Source: Euryarchaeota archaeon RBG_13_57_23 (GTDB taxonomy: Archaea; Thermoplasmatota; Thermoplasmata; UBA10834). Taken from it: a DNA stretch of 64,000 bases. Below, piece by piece: positions 48,787 through 58,500 of the stretch; positions within the stretch are counted from its first letter, which is position 1; every line of letters starts with the position of its first letter. Made by a program: the position numbers and the translations under genes. The DNA lies in the NCBI GenBank assembly GCA_001800675.1, contig MGVW01000005.1:7493-71492 (forward strand). Direction: 5' to 3'. The notes below the pieces were generated by a model that made no database searches, had not been told where the DNA came from, and saw nothing but the letters and a program-made list of their open reading frames with translations.

Positions 48787-50832
48787 GTGACGGCGATAGC
48801 CGACCTATACCCAGATGTGAGAAGCATCTACGTTTCATTCTCCGACGTCGACAGGTTCGACCCCGACCTTGCCAACTACACGCTTCAGAACCCGACGCAA
48901 TCTCTCAGGTCTGCCGAGGACGCTCTCAAGCACATGATTTCCCACGCCCTCACCAACCCGTTCGTGCATTTCAGGATCAAGGATCTTCCGCGCGACTCGA
49001 GGATCGAGATCCGGAAGTTGCGGGCGAAGCACCTCGGCTCATTCGTGTCCATCGAGGGTCTTGTCAGGAAGGCCACCGAGGTCAGGCCGAGGGTCACCAT
49101 CGCGGAGTTCGAGTGCGTCAGGTGCGGCCACAGAATCGTGATAGAACAGGAGGGCATGCAGTTCCACGAGCCACTCGAGTGTTCGAAGGATGATGGTGGC
49201 TGCGGCAGGGGCACGGGCTCCACGAAGTTCAGGCTCTTGACGGACCCATCCAAGTTCGTCGACACCCAGAAGATCGAAATCCAGGAACCTCCGGAGGGCC
49301 TCAGAGGGGGCTCGCAGCCAGAACGGTTGGCGGGGTACATCGAGGACGATCTGTCGGGGAAGATCTCACCGGGGGACAGGGTGATCATCAACGGGATCCT
49401 CAGGAGCCAGCAGAAAGGAACCCAGGTCAAGTCCACCCTGTTCGAGATACATCTGGACATCAACGCCATCGAGTTCGAGGAGAAGGAGTACGAGGAAGTG
49501 CTCATAACGCCGGAGGACGAGCTCCGGATCCGCGAGTTCGGCGAGGCTCCCGACCTTTTCGAAAGGATCATAGCGTCCATATCGCCGACGATCTACGGCT
49601 ACGATCAGGAGAAGGAGGCTCTCTCACTGCAGCTGTTCGGCGGGGTGAACAAAACGATGGACGACGGCACTCGTATACGGGGTGATATCCACATCGCGCT
49701 CATCGGGGATCCTGGTACCGCGAAATCCCAGATACTCCGCTATATGGCCATGTTGGCCCCGAGGGGCATATACACATCCGGGAAATCCTCTTCTGCGGCC
49801 GGGCTCACCGCTGCTGCGGTGAAGGACGAGTTCGGAGAAGGTCGCTGGACTCTCGAGGCTGGAGCCCTTGTGCTTGCGGACAAGGGTCTGGCGTGCATCG
49901 ATGAGTTGGACAAGATGACGGACCAGGACAGGTCAAGCATTCACGAGAGTCTGGAGCAGGGAACGATATCCGTCGCGAAGGCGGGTATCACCGCCACCCT
50001 ACAATCGCGGTGCGCGGTTCTAGGGGCCGCCAACCCCAAGTACGGGAGGTTCGACGACGCCCAGCCGATCGCTGATCAGATCAACCTTCCTCCGACCCTG
50101 CTTTCGAGATTTGATGCGATCTTCACGATGTCTGACAAGCCAGATGCAGAGAAGGACAGGAGTTTGGCTGTCCATCTGCTGCGCGTCCATCGACGTGGTG
50201 AGGTCAAGCTGCAAGAGTCACCAGAGTCCATAACCGCAGTGGATACGAGGGAGATACTGAGGGACAGCGCTGGCTTGATCCCTGCAATGGACCGTGAGTT
50301 CCTCAGGAAATATGTCGCGTACAGCAAGCGCATAATACCGATCATGAGCGACGAAGCCATGCGAACGCTCGAGAACTACTACGTCAGCATCAGGAAGATG
50401 GGCGAGGGTGAGCAATCCTCCGTGCCCATCACCCCCAGGCAGCTCGAGGCTCTGATTCGTCTATCGGAGGCGAGCGCGAGGGCGCGCCTGAACCAAATCG
50501 TCAGCTCCGAGGATGCTGCGAGGGCAATCAAAATCGTCGAGTACTACCTGAACAAGGTCGCGAGCGATAGCGGTAAGTTGGACATCGACCTCATCTATAC
50601 GGGCACGAGCAGGAGTCAGCGGGAGCAGATATACGTCGTCAGGAACATGATCCAGCAGATGTCGGATGAGAAGCGGGGCGTGAGCGAGGAAGCGCTCATA
50701 CAGAGGGCATCTTCCGAGAACATCCCTGATGACAGGGTGAGGGCGCTCCTCAAGAGGCTCAGCGAGAGCGGAGAGGTGTATCGTCCACAGCCCGGGTTCT
50801 ACAGGCTGACCAGCGAGGAGCGCGCAAGATGA
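48787..50832 (+). CDS. mcm: MCM replicative helicase; the annotated GTG start is probably too far downstream (see finding)
   Basis: N-terminal zinc finger (CVRCGH...CGRG), Walker A IALIGDPGTAKSQ, arginine finger SRFD, and a C-terminal wH. Conserved N-terminal sequence (EYTPEDLVAIWEEFL) continues in frame upstream of 48787 back to a TGA at 48706, with no ATG/GTG/TTG. Confidence 0.9.
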   Translation: MTAIADLYPDVRSIYVSFSDVDRFDPDLANYTLQNPTQSLRSAEDALKHMISHALTNPFVHFRIKDLPRDSRIEIRKLRAKHLGSFVSIEGLVRKATEVRPRVTIAEFECVRCGHRIVIEQEGMQFHEPLECSKDDGGCGRGTGSTKFRLLTDPSKFVDTQKIEIQEPPEGLRGGSQPERLAGYIEDDLSGKISPGDRVIINGILRSQQKGTQVKSTLFEIHLDINAIEFEEKEYEEVLITPEDELRIREFGEAPDLFERIIASISPTIYGYDQEKEALSLQLFGGVNKTMDDGTRIRGDIHIALIGDPGTAKSQILRYMAMLAPRGIYTSGKSSSAAGLTAAAVKDEFGEGRWTLEAGALVLADKGLACIDELDKMTDQDRSSIHESLEQGTISVAKAGITATLQSRCAVLGAANPKYGRFDDAQPIADQINLPPTLLSRFDAIFTMSDKPDAEKDRSLAVHLLRVHRRGEVKLQESPESITAVDTREILRDSAGLIPAMDREFLRKYVAYSKRIIPIMSDEAMRTLENYYVSIRKMGEGEQSSVPITPRQLEALIRLSEASARARLNQIVSSEDAARAIKIVEYYLNKVASDSGKLDIDLIYTGTSRSQREQIYVVRNMIQQMSDEKRGVSEEALIQRASSENIPDDRVRALLKRLSESGEVYRPQPGFYRLTSEERAR

Positions 50833-51125
50833 TCTGCCTGAGGGTATACAGCCGCGGAGGCGAGACGCTTCTGGCTGCCTGTGACAAGGACGTTCTGGGC
50901 AAGACCTTCAAGGGAAAGGGGTTGAAGATCACGGTGTCCGAGGGTTTCTACCGCGGCGAGGATGCCGACGAGGAGACGCTCGTGAACAGGCTGCAGCTCG
51001 CGACCGTCGCGAACCTCGTGGGCAAGAGGACCCTTGAGATCGCGATCAGGCACGGCTTCGTCGACTCAGACTGCGTGATGGATATCGGAGGCGTCCCGCA
51101 CGCGCAGATGGCGAGGATGATGTAG
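50829..51125 (+). CDS. DUF424-family protein
   Basis: 98 aa; MICLRVYSRGGETLLAACDKDVLGKTF... matches archaeal DUF424. ATGA overlap with the mcm stop. Confidence 0.65.
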   Translation: MICLRVYSRGGETLLAACDKDVLGKTFKGKGLKITVSEGFYRGEDADEETLVNRLQLATVANLVGKRTLEIAIRHGFVDSDCVMDIGGVPHAQMARMM

Positions 51126-52160
51126 TTGTTCTGCGTCGAGTGCGGCAGAGAGGGCGAGTTGGTAGGCGCCCTGTGCCGGGACTGCTACTCGAAGAAGCAC
51201 GTCCAGCCAACGATCGCGGACCATGTCGACCTGACGATTTGCGCACACTGCCAATCAATGCAGACCGACAAGGGCTGGGAGGACATCGGGTCCATCAGGC
51301 AGGCTGCGGAGGCAGCGATCGAAGATTCGCTTGTGCTCCCGAAGGACGCCAAGCTATCGGACTTCAGGGTCCACCTGTCGGAGAAGGACGAGCGCAACCT
51401 CGAGGCCAAGATCGCTGTCATGCTCGTGGTGCAGGGGCACGAGTTCACGCGCGAGCTGCTGACGATAGTCAGGGTCAAACGCGGATCGTGCACCGAGTGC
51501 TCCAAGCAGCAGGGGAGGTACTACGAGGCGATACTTCAGGTGAGAGGTCCGGCGCGCACGCTGCCGAAGCACCTCGAGGCTGATGTGGAGCGTCTTGTCA
51601 GGGATCGGGTCGGCGCCATGAGGAAGTCGAGCAGAGAGGTGTTCCTGAGCAAGGTCGAGAAGGTCAAGGGCGGACTCGATTTCTATTTCAGCACGGTGAA
51701 CTCGGCCAGGAGTGTGGCCAGGGAGCTACAGGAGGTCTACTGCGCGGAGTTCAAAGGGTCATCGAGCCTTTGGGGCCGGAGGGACGGCAAGGACGTCTAC
51801 AGGATGACCTATCTGGTCCGTCTGCCGGGTATATTCAGAGGAGATGTCGTCGCCTTGGGCGGGAGGGAGTTCTACGTCCGCGGGATGTCCAGGGGCATGC
51901 TGCACGGGATCGACCTCTTGACAGGCGAGGAGCGCGCCATCAAGTTCACCGAGCGCACGGAGTGTTCGCTCTCGCAGTCTAAGCCCGAGATCTTGAAGGC
52001 GGTCGTTCTCAGCGAGAAGGAGCGCGAGCTGCAGGTGCTCGACCCGGAGACGATGAAGCCTCTGGAGGTCAGGAAGCCACGCGGATTCTCTCGAAAAGGC
52101 GACCAGACACGGCTCGTGAAGACGAAGCTCGGGACATACGTCCTAAGCGACAGCTGGTAA
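51126..52160 (+). CDS. nmd3: NMD3-family protein (60S/50S ribosomal export-assembly factor homolog)
   Basis: N-terminal 4-Cys pairs (CVECG...CRDCY; CAHCQ...) and an NMD3 OB-like C-terminal region. Apparent TTG start directly after the DUF424 stop. Confidence 0.75.
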   Translation: MFCVECGREGELVGALCRDCYSKKHVQPTIADHVDLTICAHCQSMQTDKGWEDIGSIRQAAEAAIEDSLVLPKDAKLSDFRVHLSEKDERNLEAKIAVMLVVQGHEFTRELLTIVRVKRGSCTECSKQQGRYYEAILQVRGPARTLPKHLEADVERLVRDRVGAMRKSSREVFLSKVEKVKGGLDFYFSTVNSARSVARELQEVYCAEFKGSSSLWGRRDGKDVYRMTYLVRLPGIFRGDVVALGGREFYVRGMSRGMLHGIDLLTGEERAIKFTERTECSLSQSKPEILKAVVLSEKERELQVLDPETMKPLEVRKPRGFSRKGDQTRLVKTKLGTYVLSDSW

Positions 52161-52236
52161 TCGTCCACATTTTGTCGGTTGACATCCAAAGGAATTAATC
52201 CTGAGGTCGCCTTTTCGGGCCCGAGGACGGAGATTT

Positions 52237-53112
52237 ATGGTCACCGAGCAGGAGGATGTATCGAACGCAGTAGTCGAGCTGCTCCGGAAGACCGTCGTCA
52301 GGCTCCCGCAGGATGTCGAGGACGCCATTAGAAATGCATATGCCAGCGAGACTGACGAGGTCCCGAAGATGCAGCTGAAGGCAATCGTGGACAACATAGA
52401 CATGGCGATCAAGGGCAATACGCCCATGTGTCAGGATACTGGCGTGGCGATCTTCTACGTCGATCTGCCCAAGGGCTGTAAGGTGGATGTCGGGGAGGGC
52501 ATCGTCGAAGGTGTGCGCAGGGCCACGAAGGAGGTCCCACTAAGGCCGAACGCGGTCCACCCGATCACGAGGAAGAACCCGGGCGACAATGTCGGCGAGA
52601 GGATGCCGTACATCAGCCGGCGCATTCATGACCAGGACTACATCGAGATAACTGTCATGACGAAGGGCGCGGGCTCCGAGAACATGAGCCAGCTCGCGAT
52701 GCTCACGCCCAGCCAGGGCCTGAAGGGGATTAAGGAGTTCGTGCTCAACGGTGTGCTCAGAGCGGGCAGCAACCCGTGCCCGCCCACGATCTTGGGCGTC
52801 GGCATCGGTGGTTCGAGCGACATCGCGATGAAGCTTGCGAAGGAGGCGCTCCTCCGGCCGATCAACGTGAGGCACAAGGACCCCGAGATGGCCAAGCTGG
52901 AAACCGAGCTCCTGGAGGCGATCAACATGTTGGGGATCGGACCCATGGGCCTTGGAGGCAAGACGACATGCCTCGGCCTCAACATCGAGTACGCATACTG
53001 CCACACTGCAAGTCTTCCTGTTGGATTGAATGTACAGTGCTGGGCGGGAAGGCGCGGGACCGTCAGGATATACCCAGACGGCAAGGCGACCTATCCGACG
53101 CACGAGAGGTGA
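52237..53112 (+). CDS. fumA: class I Fe-S hydro-lyase (fumarate hydratase / L(+)-tartrate dehydratase) alpha subunit
   Basis: The CQDTG catalytic motif in GNTPMCQDTGVAIF, and overall FumA-N/TtdA similarity. Confidence 0.85.
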   Translation: MVTEQEDVSNAVVELLRKTVVRLPQDVEDAIRNAYASETDEVPKMQLKAIVDNIDMAIKGNTPMCQDTGVAIFYVDLPKGCKVDVGEGIVEGVRRATKEVPLRPNAVHPITRKNPGDNVGERMPYISRRIHDQDYIEITVMTKGAGSENMSQLAMLTPSQGLKGIKEFVLNGVLRAGSNPCPPTILGVGIGGSSDIAMKLAKEALLRPINVRHKDPEMAKLETELLEAINMLGIGPMGLGGKTTCLGLNIEYAYCHTASLPVGLNVQCWAGRRGTVRIYPDGKATYPTHER

Positions 53113-53117
53113 TGTGA

Positions 53118-53717
53118 ATGCCCAAGAGGATCAAGACACCAATCTCCGAGGCGGACGCGCGCGCGCTGAAGGCGGGCGAGACCATATACATGGACGGGAT
53201 AGTCTTCACAGGAAGGGACGAAGTGCACATCCACGCCCTCGAGTACCTGGAGAAGGGCAAGAAGATCCCTGTCGATTTCAAGGGCGCGGCCCTCTTCCAC
53301 TGTGGCCCGATCATGAAGAAGGTCGAGGAGAAGTGGGTCGCGGTCGCCGCTGGACCGACGACCTCGTCAAGGATGAACTCGCTCGAGCCGGGGTTCATCG
53401 AAAAGTTCAGGCCAGGGGCCATCATCGGCAAAGGAGGCATGTCACAACCGACCGTGGACGCAATGAAGGAGTTCGGGTGCGTCTACCTCGCCTTCACAGG
53501 TGGGGCGGCGGTCCTTGCCGCGAAGGGCATCAAGAGCGTTGAGGGAGTCGAGTGGTTCGAGCTCGGGATGCCAGAAGCCATCTGGATACTCAACTGCGAC
53601 AACTTCGGGCCTTTGACCGTGGCTATCGACGCGCACGGGAACAGCCTGTTTGCGGACGTGAATGTGAAGGTCAAGGAGAACGAGAAGAAGGCGCGGGCGA
53701 AACTGGGCCTGAGCTAG
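53118..53717 (+). CDS. fumB: class I fumarate hydratase / tartrate dehydratase beta subunit
   Basis: GRDEVHIHALEYLEKGKKIP and GGMSQPTVDAMKEFG motifs; lies 5 nt after the alpha subunit. Confidence 0.85.
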   Translation: MPKRIKTPISEADARALKAGETIYMDGIVFTGRDEVHIHALEYLEKGKKIPVDFKGAALFHCGPIMKKVEEKWVAVAAGPTTSSRMNSLEPGFIEKFRPGAIIGKGGMSQPTVDAMKEFGCVYLAFTGGAAVLAAKGIKSVEGVEWFELGMPEAIWILNCDNFGPLTVAIDAHGNSLFADVNVKVKENEKKARAKLGLS

Positions 53718-53745
53718 AACCGAAACGAGCCGCCTTCGGGCCGCT

Positions 53746-55413
53746 TCACTTCAGTTTTCTCACTTTCTTGTTTTTCGAGCCGCTTTCGCTGTCCTCCGTG
53801 ACGGAGTCCCCGTCTCCGAGCTCCTCTTCACCTAGCTCCTCGTCGGCGTTCTCCTCCTCGGACTGGTCATACACTGCCGGGGTGGTCGACGGGGAGATGA
53901 AGGTTCGGATTCTCAGCGCCAGCGCGACGACGAATATGATGAGTGCGAGGGCGAGTGCGAGTAACATCATCGAGTGCGCCATGTCAAGTCCCTCGATGAA
54001 TCCTTCGAAAGTCTCGCGCAGGGGGGTCATCTGGAACTCGATTATCTCGATGGAGCCGTCCACGGCCTCAACGTCACTGATCTCCAGAGGCCTGTATCCA
54101 GTCTTCTCGAACCTGAGCGTGTAGTTGTCGGCAGGCAGCGCGGCGAACTCGAATTCACCGTTGATGTCCGTGTAGACCGAACGAGGTTGGGGAGACAGGT
54201 CGATGACAGTCACGAGGACGTTCACGATCGGGGCGTTCGTCCGAGTATCCTTGACCGTCCCTCGGAGTCTTGCGCCCGGGAGCCCAGTCATGTTGAAGTT
54301 GAGCTGGGTCTCGCCGCCGGGCAGGATCTCGACGCCCGTGACGGACTGGGTCTCATAGCCTTGGATTGTGGCCACCACAACATAGACTCCGGCTGTGAGG
54401 TTCCTGATCTCGTAGTTGCCGTCCGAGCCGGACAGAGTGGAAATGTCCGTGCCGGCGATGGAGATGTTGGCGCCAACCTTGAGTACCTGCCCAGACCTAA
54501 CCACTCCGTACAGCCGAGTTGGCTTCTCCTGCAGGTAGAGATCTACCCCCAGCGTGCGGTTACCTCTCGTGACCTCCACATCGGTCACACTGGCTGCAAG
54601 GAAACCTTCTCGTGATGCCGTGACGATGTATTTTCCCTCCGGGACGTTCGTGATGTTGTAGTTGCCGCTGGGATCGCTCTGGATCGTGACAGTGACCAAG
54701 CCGATCTGGACGGACACGTTGGTCGCATTCAGGGGAGTGCCGAGCTGCGAGTGATATGTGCATCCTGAGATCGAGCCGTTCTGGGTCACAAGAACGAAGT
54801 TGGCCAAGGAGCTGTCAGCAATGGGCACGAACACATCCAGCGTCTGAGGCACATATCCTTGCGCACTCGCCGTAACGGAATGCGTCCCTCCGGGCAGCCC
54901 GTCGAGTCTGTAAGATCCGTTGACAGGAGACACGGACGCAGAATACCCGAGAGAGATGATTGAAACCGTAGCTCCAGAGATGTACCCTGTCGGGCTGGTG
55001 ACCGTCCCCAGAATTGTGCTCCCCTGGATCGTCAAGGTAACGTATGTGGTCTGGTTCTCGACTACTGTGCCATCCTGAGGCAGGCTATCCCAGTAGTTCG
55101 ATTTGGCCGCCGAGAGCTTGTAAGGAAGGTCGGTCTCGTTGGGTGCAAGGTCATGGATGAGATATGTCCCATCCGCACCAGTCACTCCGACAGTAGTGCC
55201 ATTCAGCCTGACCGTGGCGTCCACCACGTATCTTCCGACATTGTCCACGACGGTGACGTTGATGGCACCCAAACCGGGCGTCTGAAGCGCGGAGACGGTT
55301 CGAGGCTCCTCGCTCGAGAATGAGACGATCACACCAGCTCCCACTGCTCCAAGGATCAAGACCAACGCGATGATCGCTGTCGGCAGGGAGCTCGAAACCG
55401 AATGTCTGGCCAT
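53746..55413 (-). CDS. cell-surface (S-layer-like) glycoprotein with repeated CarboxypepD_reg-like beta-sandwich domains and C-terminal TM anchor
   Basis: N-terminal signal/TM, at least 5 repeats of about 80 aa with a GxYxxxV / NxT pattern, many N-x-S/T sequons, a C-terminal hydrophobic helix, and an acidic tail. Confidence 0.7.
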   Translation of the reverse strand: MARHSVSSSLPTAIIALVLILGAVGAGVIVSFSSEEPRTVSALQTPGLGAINVTVVDNVGRYVVDATVRLNGTTVGVTGADGTYLIHDLAPNETDLPYKLSAAKSNYWDSLPQDGTVVENQTTYVTLTIQGSTILGTVTSPTGYISGATVSIISLGYSASVSPVNGSYRLDGLPGGTHSVTASAQGYVPQTLDVFVPIADSSLANFVLVTQNGSISGCTYHSQLGTPLNATNVSVQIGLVTVTIQSDPSGNYNITNVPEGKYIVTASREGFLAASVTDVEVTRGNRTLGVDLYLQEKPTRLYGVVRSGQVLKVGANISIAGTDISTLSGSDGNYEIRNLTAGVYVVVATIQGYETQSVTGVEILPGGETQLNFNMTGLPGARLRGTVKDTRTNAPIVNVLVTVIDLSPQPRSVYTDINGEFEFAALPADNYTLRFEKTGYRPLEISDVEAVDGSIEIIEFQMTPLRETFEGFIEGLDMAHSMMLLALALALIIFVVALALRIRTFISPSTTPAVYDQSEEENADEELGEEELGDGDSVTEDSESGSKNKKVRKLK

Positions 55414-55546
55414 CGGATATCCGCAGCCTTTCCTATCGGTTCGTTTACATAAATACGTTTGCCGCTGTGAGGACTTTCTCCATCCTGTCTGAAAACGTAT
55501 TAATAGGCTTGAAGGATAAGGAAATGGAATTTGACGGTCAGTTCAC

Positions 55547-58500
55547 ATGGTCACTAGAGTCGAGGATACGGGAACCACGGACGAGGTACTGTCCCTGATG
55601 CATCCGACTGTGTCAGAGTGGTTCAGGTCGAAGTTCGGAGAGGTCACGGAGGCCCAAGGCATGGCAGTGCCCCTCATCCATGCCCGCAGGAATGTGGTCG
55701 TATCGTCTCCGACAGGGTCAGGAAAGACACTGACCGCATTCCTCGCCATAATCAATGAGCTGATACTGCTGGCAGAGAAGGGGCAGTTGGAGGATAGGAT
55801 CTACGCTGTCTACGTGTCACCCCTCAAGGCTCTGGCCAACGACATCAACGAGAACCTGATCAAGCCCTTGTCGGAGATATCCGAGCTCTTCAGGGCAAAG
55901 GGCTTGACGCCTCCTGAGGTCAAGGTGGCCGTCAGGACGGGCGACACCCTTCCGAGCGAGAGGCAGAGACAAGCGCGCTCGCCCCCTCACATATTCATCA
56001 CTACTCCGGAATCCTTGTCTCTTGTACTGGCGACACCAGTATTCAGCACCAAATTCGCTGGCGTGGACTACGTGGTCGTGGACGAGGTGCATGAGATATG
56101 CGATTCTAAGCGAGGCGTGGCTCTTTCGCTCGCCCTCGAACGTCTCCAGAATCTGTGCAAGAAGGAGTTCGTCAGAATAGGGCTCTCTGCAACAGTTGCC
56201 CCGCTCGAGCAGGTCGCGGAGTACCTGGCGGGGCTCAGCGACGGCAGACCCAGGGAGATCAACGTTGTCGAGGTGTTCAAACAGCGAGATCTCGACCTCA
56301 AAGTGCTCTGCCCGACCAAGGACATGACCGCCCTCTCGTTCGAAGTGGTCAACTCGAAGATGTACGACATGCTGAAGGACATGATCAACCAGCACAAGAC
56401 CACCCTGGTATTCACCAACACCAGGAGCGGGGCCGAGAGCGTCGTCTACAAGCTCAAGGAGCGCGGGCTCGAGAATATCGGTACGCATCACGGGAGCTTG
56501 AGCAGGGAGACCAGGATGGATGTAGAGGGAAGCCTGAGGAACGGGCTCCTGAAAGCGGTGGTCTCGTCCACATCTCTGGAGCTTGGAATCGACATCGGTT
56601 CCATCGACCTCGTTGTCCAGATAGGATCTCCAAAATCGGTGGCAAAGGGCTTGCAACGGGTGGGCAGGGCCGGGCACCAGTACGGGGGCACCTCGACAGG
56701 CAGGATGGTGGTCTTCGAGAGCGACGACCTGGTGGAGTGCGCTGTGCTCTGCAGGGCGGCTCATAGGAAGATGATCGATCGGGTGACGATTCCGGTCAAT
56801 TCGTTGGATGTGCTCGCTCAGACTCTCGTGGGGATGTCCATAGAACGCAGGTGGAAGGTCGAGGATGCCTTCGACCTGATCAGACGTTCGTACTGTTACA
56901 GGGACTTGCCGCTGGAGCAGTTCGATAGCGTCCTCAAGTACCTTGGCGGAAAGGAACAGTTCGAGGGCATATACGCCAAGCTCTGGTACGATGACAAGGA
57001 ACGCGTGTTCGGAAGGAAGCGCGGGGCCAGGATGATATATTATCTGAACCAGGGGACGATCCCTGAGGAGGCGGACTACCAGGTCTACTCCGAGCGCGGC
57101 TCGCCCGTGGGCTCCCTCTCCGAGAAATTCGTTGAGCGCCTCTCACAGGGCGACATATTCGTCCTTGGGGGCAGGAGCTACGAGTTCATCAAGTCCAAAG
57201 CGACCAAGGTATTCGTCAAGAGCGCTAGTGGGCGCAAGCCGACGGTTCCGTCCTGGACCGGCGAGATGCTGCCCAGGAGCTTCGACCTCTCTGTAGCCAT
57301 CGGCCAATTCCGAGGCGAGATGGAGCAGCGCCTCGGGACGATGCCTGAGCAGGCGATCGCAGCGTGGCTGAGGGAGGAATTCGGTCTGGATGAGGGGTCC
57401 TCTACAACCATAGTCAACTACTTCAAGGAGCAAAAGGCCGTCGCGAAGGTGCCGACGGATTCTAGGCTCCTGGTCGAAGGGTACGTCGACGCGACGGGCA
57501 ACAAGAGCGCAATCTTCCACTTCCCGTTCGGCAGGCGTGTCAACGACGCCCTCAGCAGGGCGTACGCATCGGTCCTGTCCGAGAGGCTGCGATCGAATGT
57601 GACCGTATCGGTGACAGACGACAGCTTCATGGTCACAGTCCCCAGGAGTTTCAAGCTTGAGGAGCTCGGCGACATGCTGCGCTCAGAGAACTTGGAAAGG
57701 ATACTGAGGAACGCTGTTCGCGATTCCGAATTGTTCTCGCAGCGGTTCAGACACGTCGCGACCAGGAGCTTCATGGTCCTCAGGAATTACAAGGGAAAGG
57801 AACTCTCCGTGTCGAGGCAACAGCTCCGGTCGAGCCGTCTTCTCGACGCTCTTCACGAGGTCGAGAAATTCCCTGTCATAGCCGAGACCTATGAGGAGAT
57901 ACTGACCGAGGTCATGGACATGGAGCACGCGAGGGAGGTGCTCGCATCCATTGAGAGAGGCGAGAGGAGGATAGAGTATCTGCCATTCTCTGGTGTTCCC
58001 TCACCATTCGCGCACAATGTGATCCTCGTGGGCGTGTCCGACATCGTGCTGATGGAGGACAGGAGCATGCTGCTCAGGGAACTCCACAGGAAGGTGCTGG
58101 AACGGGCGCTGGGGGAGGAGGCCGTATCCGAGTATCAATTCGATCCCGATGTCGTCGAGGAGTACTACGCCGCGAAGTTCCCCCGAATCCAGTCCAAGGA
58201 GGACATCATCGGGGCGCTCCGTCTCGTCGGCCCGATGAACATATTCAGAGAGAAGGGAGAGAACATCTTCTCGCATTCGAAGGTGGCGTTCGACAAGCTC
58301 AGATCATGGGGGACAGAGCTTCTGAGGGAAGGCAAGATCCACTCGGTCTGGATAGGGGAGGATCTGTACGTCTCCTCTGAGGAGTATCCGCTCTACGCGT
58401 GCCTTCACTCGCGCCAGGTTGACCTGGGTCCGAGCGAGAAGGCAATCGTGGACGAGCTCAAGAAATCCCCGAGGACCCAGAGCGAGCTCACGGGGCTCAT

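Noticed and set aside
53974-54615. 213-aa plus-strand ORF
   Set aside because: Antisense to the surface glycoprotein gene.
55817-56766. 315-aa minus-strand and 203-aa plus-strand ORFs inside lhr
   Set aside because: Alternative and antisense frames of the helicase gene.
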